Source: Intestinimonas butyriciproducens
GTDB lineage: Bacteria; Bacillota; Clostridia; Oscillospirales; Butyricicoccaceae
Direction of reading: 5' to 3'
Length of the DNA: 64,000 nucleotides
Assembly (NCBI RefSeq): GCF_016901775.1
Contig: NZ_JACJKW010000004.1
Coordinates: 1-64,000, forward strand
Notes under the pieces: generated by a model
Database searches by the model: none
Seen by the model: only the letters and a program-made list of their open reading frames with translations
Told to the model about the DNA's origin: nothing
In this document: piece after piece, positions 37,244 to 48,122 of the stretch
Layout: each line of letters starts with the position of its first letter
Numbering within the stretch: the first letter of the stretch is position 1
Program-made: the position numbers and the translations under genes

Positions 37244-39009
37244 TGCTGTCCCTCACGCTCCGGCGGACACACCGGCAAAGTGATGGTGACGGTGCTGCCG
37301 GCATCCAGCTGACTCTCCACTCCAATGGTTCCCTGATGCTGCTCCACGATCTCCTTGGCGATGGCCAGCCCCAGGCCGGTGCCGCCTCTTTCCCGGGAAC
37401 GGGCCTTGTCCACCCGGTAAAACCGCTCAAAGAGCCGGGGGATGTCCTCCTGGGGAATGCCGATGCCGGTATCCTGCACCTTTATGACCACCTTGTCCTC
37501 CCGGGAGAAGGCACAGAGGGTGACAGAACCGCCGGGGCGGTTATATTTGATGGCATTGGAAACAATGTTGGCAATGACCTGCTCCATCCGGTTCCGGTCA
37601 GCCAGGATCAGGGGCAGGGGTTCTTCCAGCCTGGTCTCCAGGGTCAGGCCCTGGCCCCGGGCCTCGATGAGCATGGCGCTGGCAATATTCTGCACGATCA
37701 GTTTCACCGGAACCGGGCTCATCTCCATATCCATCTTCCCATAGTCCAGCTGGGACAGCGTGAGCAGGTCCTTGACGATATGGGTCATCCGGTCGGACTC
37801 ATTGTAGATCACCTGAAGGAAATTGCGGCGGGTTTCCCCGTCCAGCTCGTCCCCGGCATCCAGAAGGGTTTCGGTGTAACCCTTCACATTGGTCAGGGGA
37901 GTGCGCAGCTCATGGGACACATTGGCCACAAACTCCCGCCGGGAAGAATCCAGCTTCTTCTGCTCGGTGATGTCGTGGAGCACCGCCATGATGCCGCTGT
38001 TTTCATCCTCCGCCGTGCCGAACATGGCCAGCAGAATCTTGAGGATGCGCTTGTTTGCCGCATAGTCGATCTCGATGTACTGGCCCCCTTCTCCCAGGTC
38101 GCTTTCTTCCACATTCAGATTGGGAAACACCTGGGTATAGGTCAGCTCCTGCCCGAACTCCATGCCCAGCATCTGCTGGGCCGCCGGGTTCATATGAAGG
38201 ATATGGCCGCTTTTGTCAAAGGCCACCACCCCGTCGGCCATATGGGTAAACAGGGTGCTCAGCTTGTTCCGCTCCCCGTTGACTTCGGCCAGGGTATTTT
38301 CCAGCACCTTGGCCATCTCCCCGAAGGTGCGGGTCAGGTTGCCGATCTCGTCCGCCGATTCCGCCTGGGGCTGCTGGGAAAAGTCTCCGGCGGCGATGCG
38401 CTGGGCGGTGCGGGTCAGCCGCTGCACCGGGTTTGTGATGGTGCGGGCCAGAATGAAGCTGAGCAGAATGGCCACCGCCAGGCCGAACATCAATGAGCGG
38501 ATGAGAATGGTGAACATGGTCCAGGTCAGCTCATCCAGCTCCCCTTTGTCGTCCACCACGGCCAGCACATAATTGCCCCCGTCCACCGGCAGAGCCACAT
38601 CGAAATAGGGGGACAGGGCGGTGATGGTCTGCCCCACTTCCCCCTCCATGGCGGTGATCATATTGGGGGTCAGCTCCCGGAAAGGAGTGGCGTCCCGGCT
38701 TTCCGAAGAGGTGAGGAACTCCCCGGTTTTGCCATCCAGAATATAGAAATTCCGGTGGTCATCCAGCCCCAGGCCGCCGTTATAGGCCTCCAGCACCTCT
38801 TCCATCTGATCCAGATCCCCATTGCAGGCGCCGAGCCCTTTTTCCAGCTCCTGCCCCCGCAGGGCGAAAAAATCCACCATCTGGCGCTGAAAATCGCTGC
38901 GGTTATAAGCGGTGACCGAGTTGACCAGAAACACGCCCACCACGGCCATCACCGCCACCACCAGCAGCATCAATATGAGCACCAGCTTCATTTGCAGGCT
39001 TTTCAGCAT
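37240..39009 (-). CDS. walK: Cell-wall-homeostasis sensor histidine kinase WalK (VicK/YycG).
   Basis: 2 TM segments, HAMP, PAS, H-box SHELRTPL and HATPase N/G boxes. Confidence 0.85.
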   Translation of the reverse strand: MLKSLQMKLVLILMLLVVAVMAVVGVFLVNSVTAYNRSDFQRQMVDFFALRGQELEKGLGACNGDLDQMEEVLEAYNGGLGLDDHRNFYILDGKTGEFLTSSESRDATPFRELTPNMITAMEGEVGQTITALSPYFDVALPVDGGNYVLAVVDDKGELDELTWTMFTILIRSLMFGLAVAILLSFILARTITNPVQRLTRTAQRIAAGDFSQQPQAESADEIGNLTRTFGEMAKVLENTLAEVNGERNKLSTLFTHMADGVVAFDKSGHILHMNPAAQQMLGMEFGQELTYTQVFPNLNVEESDLGEGGQYIEIDYAANKRILKILLAMFGTAEDENSGIMAVLHDITEQKKLDSSRREFVANVSHELRTPLTNVKGYTETLLDAGDELDGETRRNFLQVIYNESDRMTHIVKDLLTLSQLDYGKMDMEMSPVPVKLIVQNIASAMLIEARGQGLTLETRLEEPLPLILADRNRMEQVIANIVSNAIKYNRPGGSVTLCAFSREDKVVIKVQDTGIGIPQEDIPRLFERFYRVDKARSRERGGTGLGLAIAKEIVEQHQGTIGVESQLDAGSTVTITLPVCPPEREGQQ

Positions 39010-39021
39010 GGTTCCTTCCGC

Positions 39022-39711
39022 CTATTCTTTGTTGAAATAATACCCGGCCCCCCGGCGGGTGATGAGATAGCGGGGGTCGGCCGGATCGTCCTCCAGCTTT
39101 TCCCGCAGGCGGCGGATGGCCACATCCACCGTGCGCAGATCCCCATAATATTCAAAGCCCCACACCTTTTCCATCAGCTCTTCCCGGGTCACTACCCGGC
39201 CGGCGCATTCCAGAAAATAGCAGAGCATATCAAATTCCCTCTGGGAAAGCTCCAGGGCCTCTCCGTTCTTCCGGGCCAGACGCTTTTCGGTGTCCACCTG
39301 GAAGGGGCCGCCTTCTTTCTTTTCGCCCCCCATGCTGTCCTGCTGGTCGGCCAGACGGCGGCGGATGTTGGCCTTCACCCGGGCCAGCAGTTCCTTGATG
39401 GAAAAGGGCTTTGTGATATAGTCGTCAGCGCCGGTATCCAGCCCCAGCACCTTATCCCGCTCTTCTTCCCGGGCGGTGACCATAATGACGGGCACATTGC
39501 TCTTTTCCCGCAGGCGGCGCAGCAGCTCAAAACCATCCATCCCCGGAAGCATCACATCCAGAAGCACCAGGTCCACCTGGGGAGAAAGGGCCTTTTCCAG
39601 CCCCCCTTTTCCCTCATAGGCTTCCTCCACCTGATAGCCTTCCCGTTTCAGGTTGAAGGCTATGATATCCACAATGGCCTTTTCATCTTCCACGATCAGC
39701 ACTTTTGCCAT
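39022..39711 (-). CDS. walR: OmpR-family response regulator WalR (YycF).
   Basis: Receiver-domain residues DE...D...K plus a winged-helix output domain. Near-canonical YycF sequence. Confidence 0.9.
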   Translation of the reverse strand: MAKVLIVEDEKAIVDIIAFNLKREGYQVEEAYEGKGGLEKALSPQVDLVLLDVMLPGMDGFELLRRLREKSNVPVIMVTAREEERDKVLGLDTGADDYITKPFSIKELLARVKANIRRRLADQQDSMGGEKKEGGPFQVDTEKRLARKNGEALELSQREFDMLCYFLECAGRVVTREELMEKVWGFEYYGDLRTVDVAIRRLREKLEDDPADPRYLITRRGAGYYFNKE

Positions 39712-39727
39712 GGCTCTCTCCTTCTCT

Positions 39728-40228
39728 TTACAGGCTCAAAAGTCCCTTTTCCCGGGCCAGAAGAAGGGCGCTCAGGGTCTTGGCATCCCCGATCTCTCCA
39801 CGCCCCAGGGCATCTTTCAGCCGGGAAAGCTCCCACAGCTCCCCCTCCAGAAATTCCCCTTCGTCGGGCCTGGCCTGGGAAAGGGTCAGGTCTTCCGCCC
39901 AATAAAGGTACATTTTTTCCTCCAGCACATCGGGAGAAGAACAGTAGACCCCCAGCTCTTCCAGCTTTCCGGCGGAAAGTCCGGTTTCCTCCAAAAGCTC
40001 CCGCCGGGCGCACTCTTTCGGGTCCTCCCCCGCTTCCAGCTTTCCCGCCGGAAGCTCCACACATTCCTTCCCCTGGGCATAACGGTACTGGCGCACCAGG
40101 GGAATCTTTCCCTGGTACTGGCACAAAACCGCCACCGCACCCCGATGGCGGCAGACTTCTCCCTCTTCCCCGGGGTATACATCCACCAGAACGCCCCGGA
40201 ACAAAGGCTCGTTCTTCTTGTTTTCCAT
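39728..40228 (-). CDS. NUDIX hydrolase (ADP-ribose pyrophosphatase-like).
   Basis: Intact Nudix box GKLEAGEDPKECARRELLEETG. Start at 40228 (GGAGGA RBS). Confidence 0.75.
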   Translation of the reverse strand: MENKKNEPLFRGVLVDVYPGEEGEVCRHRGAVAVLCQYQGKIPLVRQYRYAQGKECVELPAGKLEAGEDPKECARRELLEETGLSAGKLEELGVYCSSPDVLEEKMYLYWAEDLTLSQARPDEGEFLEGELWELSRLKDALGRGEIGDAKTLSALLLAREKGLLSL

Positions 40229-40230
40229 CT

Positions 40231-40683
40231 TCATTCCTCCCCCAGGGCCCAAAGGGCCAGGGCCGCGGCAGTGCACAGATCGTCCCCTTCCAGCCCCTGG
40301 GACAGGGGCATCCAGAAAAGCCCTTCCGGCGCTTGCCCGCTTCCTTTTCCGGCAAAAACCAGCACTTTTTCCTGTAGCACCGCAGGGGAGGGCATGATTT
40401 CTCCCAAAAACCGGGGCTCCTCTCCGCCCAAGGCGGCAAACAGCCGCACCGCGGCATCCTGCGGGCTTTCCTCCGGAGCCAGAGGAGTGCGGGGCAAGCG
40501 CCCCTTTGCATCGGCCAGCGCCTGACGCTGCTCATCATAAACCAGAGCCAGCACCCGGTGGGGACGACAGATCACCTCCCGGCGGCTCTCTCTTCCGTCC
40601 TCCAGCTCCACCCGGTCCTGGCGGATGGAAAAGCTGGGGCCTTGATACACCGTTTTCTTTTCCAGGCACTTTTCCTCATGCAT
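40231..40683 (-). CDS. NUDIX-like protein with a degenerate Nudix box; tandem paralog of the downstream gene.
   Basis: The N-terminus aligns with the NudF N-terminus (KKTVYQGPSFSIRQDRVELEDGRESRREV). The catalytic box is reduced to LAPEESPQDAAVRLFAALGGEE. Confidence 0.5.
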   Translation of the reverse strand: MHEEKCLEKKTVYQGPSFSIRQDRVELEDGRESRREVICRPHRVLALVYDEQRQALADAKGRLPRTPLAPEESPQDAAVRLFAALGGEEPRFLGEIMPSPAVLQEKVLVFAGKGSGQAPEGLFWMPLSQGLEGDDLCTAAALALWALGEE

Positions 40684-41917
40684 GGTCTATGCCCTCCAGG
40701 TGGCGGCGCACCAGATCAAAGGCGGTGGAAGAGGCCAGACGGCGCAGGCTCTCCCGGCTCTGGCGGGGCCGCAGGATGCGCACCGCCCATGTCCTGTCCC
40801 CCGTGCTGATGCCCACATAGATCAGCCCTACCGGCTTTTCGGGAGTGCCTCCCCCAGGGCCGGCCACGCCGGTGGTGGAAATGCCGATGTCAGCCCCCAG
40901 GGCCTTCCGCACCCCTTGGGCCATCTGGCAGGCGGTGTCTTCGCTCACTGCCCCTTTTGTCATGAGGGTCTCATGGCGCACACCCAGCAGGTTTTCCTTC
41001 ACTTCGTTGTGGTAGGACACAACGCCCCCCAGATAACAGGCGGAAGCGCCGGGCACATCGGTGATGCGCTTGCCCATCAGCCCGCCGGTGCAGCTTTCCG
41101 CCGTGGCCAGGGTCAGGCCCCGGGCGGTCATTTCCTGCACCACTACCTGCTCCAGAGAGTCCACATCCACCCCATAGACCACATCCCCCAGCACCTGCCG
41201 CACTTCCCGGACGGCAGGTTCGGTCATGGCAAAGGCTTCCTCTTTATTTTTCCCCATGGCAGTGATGCGCACCAGGCATTCTCCCTCCTTGGCATAGGGA
41301 GCGGCAGTGGGGTTTTCCCAGCTGTCCATCTGGCGGCTCAGGCGGGATGCCATTTCCGATTCTCCCATGCCGAACACCTTCACATACCGGGAACAAAGTG
41401 CCCCGCCCCGGCGCTTTTCCAAAAAGGGCATCACCTTTTCCCGGAAGAGGGGGGTGCACTCCCGGGGCGGGCCGGGAAGCATGATAACCAGGCACCCTTC
41501 CCCTTCAAAGGCACAGGCCGGGGCGGTGCCCCAGTCGTTTTGAAACACCGTGCTCCCTTCGGGCACATCGGCCTGTTTTTCGTTGTTTTGGGTCATGGTG
41601 CGGCCTTTGAAATGCTCCCGCAGCCTTGCCATGGACTCTTCGTCCCGCACAAGGCCCTTGCCGAAGGCGGCGGCAATGGTCTCTTTGGTGAGATCGTCCG
41701 CCGTAGGCCCCAGGCCGCCGGTGGTGATGATCAGATCGGCTCTCTGTTTGGCCACTTCCAGCACGCTTTTCAGCCGGTCCGGGTTGTCCCCGCACACCGT
41801 CTGAAAATAGACCCCGATGCCCAGTTCCGCCAGGCCCTGGGCGATCATGGGGGCGTCGGTGTTGACGATCTCCCCCAGCAAAAGCTCGGTGCCCACAGCG
41901 ATAATCTCTGTTCTCAC
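40676..41917 (-). CDS. cinA: Competence/damage-inducible protein CinA (MoCF-binding plus nicotinamide-nucleotide amidase domains).
   Basis: 413 aa, CinA N- and C-domains (MRTEIIAVGTELLLGEIVNTD...). Confidence 0.85.
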   Translation of the reverse strand: MRTEIIAVGTELLLGEIVNTDAPMIAQGLAELGIGVYFQTVCGDNPDRLKSVLEVAKQRADLIITTGGLGPTADDLTKETIAAAFGKGLVRDEESMARLREHFKGRTMTQNNEKQADVPEGSTVFQNDWGTAPACAFEGEGCLVIMLPGPPRECTPLFREKVMPFLEKRRGGALCSRYVKVFGMGESEMASRLSRQMDSWENPTAAPYAKEGECLVRITAMGKNKEEAFAMTEPAVREVRQVLGDVVYGVDVDSLEQVVVQEMTARGLTLATAESCTGGLMGKRITDVPGASACYLGGVVSYHNEVKENLLGVRHETLMTKGAVSEDTACQMAQGVRKALGADIGISTTGVAGPGGGTPEKPVGLIYVGISTGDRTWAVRILRPRQSRESLRRLASSTAFDLVRRHLEGIDHA

Positions 41918-41960
41918 AGTAATGGCCTCCCTTTTTATTCCGATCTGTATACTTTTTCTT

Positions 41961-43139
41961 TTAGCCTTCCGCCTTGCAGATGACCTGCTCCACGCCTTCC
42001 AGGGCCTTCTGGATCAGGCCCTCCACATCCAGCTTTTGTTCTTCTTCCAGCACCTTGGGCAGCTTGGGCTTGGTCTGGGGATGGCGGGGGGTAAAGACGG
42101 TGCAGCAATCCTCATAGGGCAGAATGGAAGTCTCGAAGGTGCCGATCTGCCGGGCGATGAGGACGATCTCCTCCTTGTCCATGCCGATGGCCGGACGCAG
42201 CACCGGCAGCTCACACACGGCGTTGGTGACGCCGATGGCCTCCATGGTCTGGCTGGCCACCTGGCCCAGGCTCTCACCGGTAATGAGTGCGCCGCAGTCC
42301 TGGCGCCGGGCCACCCGCTGGGCAATGCGCATCATAAACCGGCGCATGAGCACGGTGAACAGATCCTCCTGGCAATTTTTCCGGATCTGATCCTGGATTT
42401 CGGTAAAGGGCACCACATGGACCTTGATGGGGCCGCAGTAGGACGCCAGGATCCGTGCCAGATGAAGGGTCTTTTCCTTGGCCTCTTCCGAGGTATAGGG
42501 GTAGCTGAAAAAGTGGACGCCCTCCAGGTAAAGTCCCCGCTTGGCCATCATATACCCGGCCACCGGGCTGTCGATGCCGCCGGACAAAAGCAGCATGGCC
42601 TTGCCGTTGGTGCCGGTGGGCATTCCTCCGGCGCCGTGGATCCGGTCGGCATAGACGAAGGCCGCCTTGTCCCGCACTTCGATGTGCACCTGGGTCTGGG
42701 CCCCGTCCATCTTCACCTTCAGCCGGGGATAGGCGGAGAGCAGCGCCCCGCCCACCTGCCGGGCAATCTCCGGAGAGGTGAGGGGAAAGCGCTTGTCCGA
42801 GCGCTTGGCCTGGCAGCGGAAAGTCCCCGTGTGTTCCATGGTGTCTTTCAGGTATTCCACCGCAGCCTGACAGATGCTGTCCATGTCCTTGGGGCAGCTG
42901 ATGGCCCGGCAGATGGCTACCACGCCGAAGATCTTCCGGCACACTGTGAGCGCCTCTTCCACCGGCGCGCCGTTTTTGGGCTCCACATACAGGGTGGACT
43001 GGATGGCATAGACCTCATATTCTCCCAGATGGGAAAGACGGCGGCGAACGATGGACAAAAGCCGGTCCTCAAACCGGGCCCGGTTCAGCCCTTTGAGCAC
43101 CAGCTCTCCGCATTTGAGCAGCAAAACTTCTTGATTCAT
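41961..43139 (-). CDS. thiI: tRNA 4-thiouridine(8) synthase ThiI.
   Basis: THUMP plus PP-loop SGGIDS. GGGAGA RBS. Confidence 0.85.
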   Translation of the reverse strand: MNQEVLLLKCGELVLKGLNRARFEDRLLSIVRRRLSHLGEYEVYAIQSTLYVEPKNGAPVEEALTVCRKIFGVVAICRAISCPKDMDSICQAAVEYLKDTMEHTGTFRCQAKRSDKRFPLTSPEIARQVGGALLSAYPRLKVKMDGAQTQVHIEVRDKAAFVYADRIHGAGGMPTGTNGKAMLLLSGGIDSPVAGYMMAKRGLYLEGVHFFSYPYTSEEAKEKTLHLARILASYCGPIKVHVVPFTEIQDQIRKNCQEDLFTVLMRRFMMRIAQRVARRQDCGALITGESLGQVASQTMEAIGVTNAVCELPVLRPAIGMDKEEIVLIARQIGTFETSILPYEDCCTVFTPRHPQTKPKLPKVLEEEQKLDVEGLIQKALEGVEQVICKAEG

Positions 43140-43157
43140 GGTATTTCTCCCGAAGGC

Positions 43158-44287
43158 CTAGAGGAAAAATCCCAGGGCTTTCTGAAGCCCTGCCAAAAAG
43201 GCCTTCACATCCTCCTGTGTATTTTCCGGGCAGAAGCTCACCCGCAGCGCCCCGTCAATGACGGCGGCGGGCAGCTTCATGGCTTCCAGCACATGGCTGC
43301 GCCTGCCCCGGGCGCAGGCCGATCCCCCGGACACATAGACCCCCTCGTCGGAGAGCACCCGCAGCAGCACTTCGCTGCGGCCCTTTTCCGGGGAAATATT
43401 CAGAATATGGGCCGCCCCGTTCTGGGGGGAATTGATGCGCACCGGGCAGGGCATAGCAGAAAGCCCTTCCACAAGGCTTTGGCGCAGAGCCGCCATGTGC
43501 CGCTGGCTTTCCTCCCGCTTTTCTGCCCGCAGGGCGCTGGCCACCCCCATGGAGACGATCTGGGGCAGGCCCTCTGTGCCCGAGCGCCGGTTTCCCTCCT
43601 GGCCGCCGCCGTGAAGCAGGGGACGCAGGGAGCGGGGATCTTTGCAGTAAAGGGCGCCCACCCCTTTCATGGCCCCGATCTTGTGGCCGCTCACCGACAA
43701 AAAGTCCACCCCCCCAAGGGAGATGGGCAGCTTGCAATAGGCCTGCACCCCGTCGATGTGGCACAGGCAATGAGGGGCCTTTTCTTTGGCTTTTTCCATG
43801 GCCGCCGCGGTGGGCAGAATGGCGCCGGTCTCGCTGTTGACCTCCATCATGGTGAGCAGAATGGTGTCAGGGCGCACCGCTTCCAGCACCCGGTCGCAAG
43901 ACACCGTGCCGTCCTTTTCCGGGGGCACCAGAGTCACCTGGAACCCCTCTTGCTCCAAGGCTTTCAGGGTATCCAGGGTGGCCTTGTGCTCGATCTGGGT
44001 GCTGACGATGTGCCGGCCGAAGGCTTTTCCCTTCCTGGCGGCGCTTTGGATGGCGGTGTTGATGCTCTCGGTGCCGCAGGAGGTGAAGATTACCTGTTCT
44101 GCCTTGCACCCCATCGCTCCGGCCACCTGCCCCCGGGCCTGCTCCATGGCCTCCCGGGCCTGCTTGCCCATGGCATGAAGAGCGGAGGGGTTGCCATAGT
44201 CCTGCCGCATCAGGCGGAGGGCGGCCTGGGCCGCTTCCTCCAACACCTGAGTGGTGGCACTGTTATCCAGATAGTGGATGTTTTCCA

Positions 44288-44288
<1 letters not shown>
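43158..44288 (-). CDS. Cysteine desulfurase (NifS/IscS family, class V aminotransferase).
   Basis: PLP-lysine context SGHK and active-site SGGSAC. Lies upstream of thiI. Confidence 0.85.
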
Positions 44289-45958
<1,670 letters not shown>

Positions 45959-46057
45959 ACTCTATTCCTTTCCGGAGGGTTCCAAAGCCCTCCTTTGAAA
46001 TGGACTCCCCTGGGCTTCTTTTGATCGTCCCCCAGGGGGTTTCAAACTTGATTTGTT

Positions 46058-47716
46058 TTATTTTGCCAGAAATTCTTTCATCTTCCGGAGGCGGGAGAGG
46101 CTGCGCTCCTTGCCCAGAAGGGTCATGATGGACCAAAGGTCGGGGGAATTTTTCCGGCCGGTGATGGCCACCCGCACCACATTGCTCACATCGCCCACAT
46201 GGCCTTTCCAGCCGGTGGGGTCCTGCTTGTACGCCTTGACCTCCGGGCAGAAGCCCAGGCCCTCGCAGATGGCCTTGACCCCGTCAAACCAGGTGTTCTT
46301 GTCGGGGGCTTCCTCATAGGCCTTGGCGTAGGTGTCCAGAATGGCGATCATATCTTCTTTCTGGAGATTCTCCGGCAGGTCGTATTCTCCCTGCCATGTT
46401 TCGTCATAAAAATAGCTCACATAATCCCGCACATCGCTCCACTTGCGGATGTCCTTCCGGGGCTTTTTGCCGCCCCGGTCGATGGCGAAGATGCCCTGGG
46501 CATAGTCTGTGTCCCGATTGAGAAGGGCATACAGCTGCTCATCGTGGCCCTTTGCCCATTCCAGCACATCCTTCGTCACCTTCTCTGCGTCAAAGGCGCC
46601 GATGACGCCGGCGGACACATCGGCCAGCTTCACCAGGTCGAACAAAGCGCCCGACTGGCTCATCTTGTTCAGCTGGAGCTTGTAATCCTGGTAAGGTGCG
46701 GTCTTGTTCTGCCGTCTCCAATCCTCAAAGGGGGAATTGGCCAGGTTGAGCAGATATTCCAGCACCGCTTCCTTGGGATAGCCCTCGTCCACAAAATAGG
46801 AAACGGCGGCTTCCGGGTCTTTCCGCTTGCTCAGCTTCCGCTTGGCTCCATTGTCCTCTTTCATCACAGGGGAGACATGGGCGTACTTGGGCGGCTTGAG
46901 TCCCAGCACATAGAAGAGCTGAAGGTGAGTGGGCACAGAAGAGACCCATTCATCGCTGCGCACCACATGGGTGGTACCCATCAGGGTGTCGTCCACGGCG
47001 TGGGCAAAGTGATAGGTGGGGATGCCGTCTGTTTTGAGAAGCACGATATCGGCGATGTTTTCGTCCATCTCGATCTCGCCCCGGATCACATCCTTGTATT
47101 TGATCCGGCCGCCGGGCTTGCCCGGCGAGCGCAGGCGCATCACATAGGGCTTACCCGCCTTGATGTTCTCCTCCACCTGCTCCATGGTCAGGTCACGGCA
47201 GCGGGCGTAGGTGGTATGGTAGCCGGGCAGGGCCTTTTCCGCCTCCTGCTGCTTGCGGATGGCGGCCAGGTCCTCTTCGGTGCAGAAGCAGGGATAGGCC
47301 AGGCCGCGCTTCACCAGTTCCTTGCAGAAGGCCTGATAAATGGGGCCACGGCGGCTTTGCTGGTAGGGGCCGTAATCGCCCTTTTCCTCGGTCTGGCTCA
47401 TCATGCCTTCGTCAAATTCCACGCCAAAATCACGCAGGCCCGAGACGATACCAGTGATGCCGTCCTCCACTTCCCGCTTCTTGTCGGTGTCCTCGATGCG
47501 CAGGATGATCCTGCCGCCGCTTTGGTGGGCCAGCCGCTCGTTGACCAGGGCGGTGAACAAACCGCCGATGTGGAGAAAGCCGGTGGGGCTGGGGGCAAAC
47601 CGGGTGACCATGGCCCCCTGGGGCAGGTTCCGGGGAGGATAGATCTCTGTGAGATATTCCTCCATGGTTTTGTCGATGTGGGGGAACAGCAGTTCCGCCA
47701 GTTTATTATGATCCAT
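46058..47716 (-). CDS. gltX: Glutamate--tRNA ligase.
   Basis: HIGG motif FAPSPTGFLHIGG and KLSKR motif. Start at 47716. The long upstream ORF extension is read-through of repeats. Confidence 0.85.
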   Translation of the reverse strand: MDHNKLAELLFPHIDKTMEEYLTEIYPPRNLPQGAMVTRFAPSPTGFLHIGGLFTALVNERLAHQSGGRIILRIEDTDKKREVEDGITGIVSGLRDFGVEFDEGMMSQTEEKGDYGPYQQSRRGPIYQAFCKELVKRGLAYPCFCTEEDLAAIRKQQEAEKALPGYHTTYARCRDLTMEQVEENIKAGKPYVMRLRSPGKPGGRIKYKDVIRGEIEMDENIADIVLLKTDGIPTYHFAHAVDDTLMGTTHVVRSDEWVSSVPTHLQLFYVLGLKPPKYAHVSPVMKEDNGAKRKLSKRKDPEAAVSYFVDEGYPKEAVLEYLLNLANSPFEDWRRQNKTAPYQDYKLQLNKMSQSGALFDLVKLADVSAGVIGAFDAEKVTKDVLEWAKGHDEQLYALLNRDTDYAQGIFAIDRGGKKPRKDIRKWSDVRDYVSYFYDETWQGEYDLPENLQKEDMIAILDTYAKAYEEAPDKNTWFDGVKAICEGLGFCPEVKAYKQDPTGWKGHVGDVSNVVRVAITGRKNSPDLWSIMTLLGKERSLSRLRKMKEFLAK

Positions 47717-47773
47717 TACACTTCCACTCCAAATTTCCCGGGAAAATCTTCCCTGGGCACAGTTTGATATTTT

Positions 47774-47803
47774 ATTATATCCTGTTTCTCCCCACATTGC
47801 AAC
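47774..47803 (-). promoter_or_regulatory. Sigma-A promoter for gltX (-35 TTGCAA, 18-nt spacer, -10 TATAAT).
   Basis: Read on the minus strand, about 50 nt upstream of the gltX ATG. Confidence 0.6.
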
Positions 47804-47804
47804 C

Positions 47805-47906
47805 GGGCGGAGTGCCTCCGCTGCCATACTGCGCAGCGCCAAGTCTTGTGAAGGAAACTTCCTTGCTTCACGCTGCGCGGCGGCATTTGCTGCACATGGC
47901 TTCACC
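47805..47906. repeat. Structured direct repeat, unit 1 (about 102 bp), upstream of the gltX promoter.
   Basis: About 85% identical to unit 2 at 47984-48085. Contains hairpin GGCGGAGTGCCTCCGC and a long imperfect hairpin with an inner stem AAGGAA/TTCCTT. Confidence 0.75.
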
Positions 47907-47983
47907 TCAACTAGAGCGGCGTACCACCGGGGGCATACTGGCCCTCCCCGAACTCCAGTGGCACAGGAGCCTGTCATTTGGTC

Positions 47984-48085
47984 GGGCAGAGTGCCTCCGC
48001 TGTCACACTGCGCAGCGCCAAGTCTTGTGGAGAAAACTTCTCTATATCACGCTGCGCAGCGGCATTTGCTGCACAAGGTTTTACC
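47984..48085. repeat. Structured direct repeat, unit 2; the inner stem is changed to GAGAA/TTCTC (compensatory).
   Basis: Begins about 38 nt after the ribokinase stop. Confidence 0.75.
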
Positions 48086-48122
48086 TTAGTGCAAGCTGCT
48101 GCACCTCCCAGCCAGGGGAGGG

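Noticed and set aside
47890-47950. T-box riboswitch for gltX, based on the GGTGGTACGCCGC motif on the minus strand.
   Set aside because: The motif lies upstream of a strong TTGCAA-18-TATAAT promoter for gltX. It has no adjacent terminator/antiterminator pair or specifier-loop architecture, and it is part of a duplicated repeat unit.
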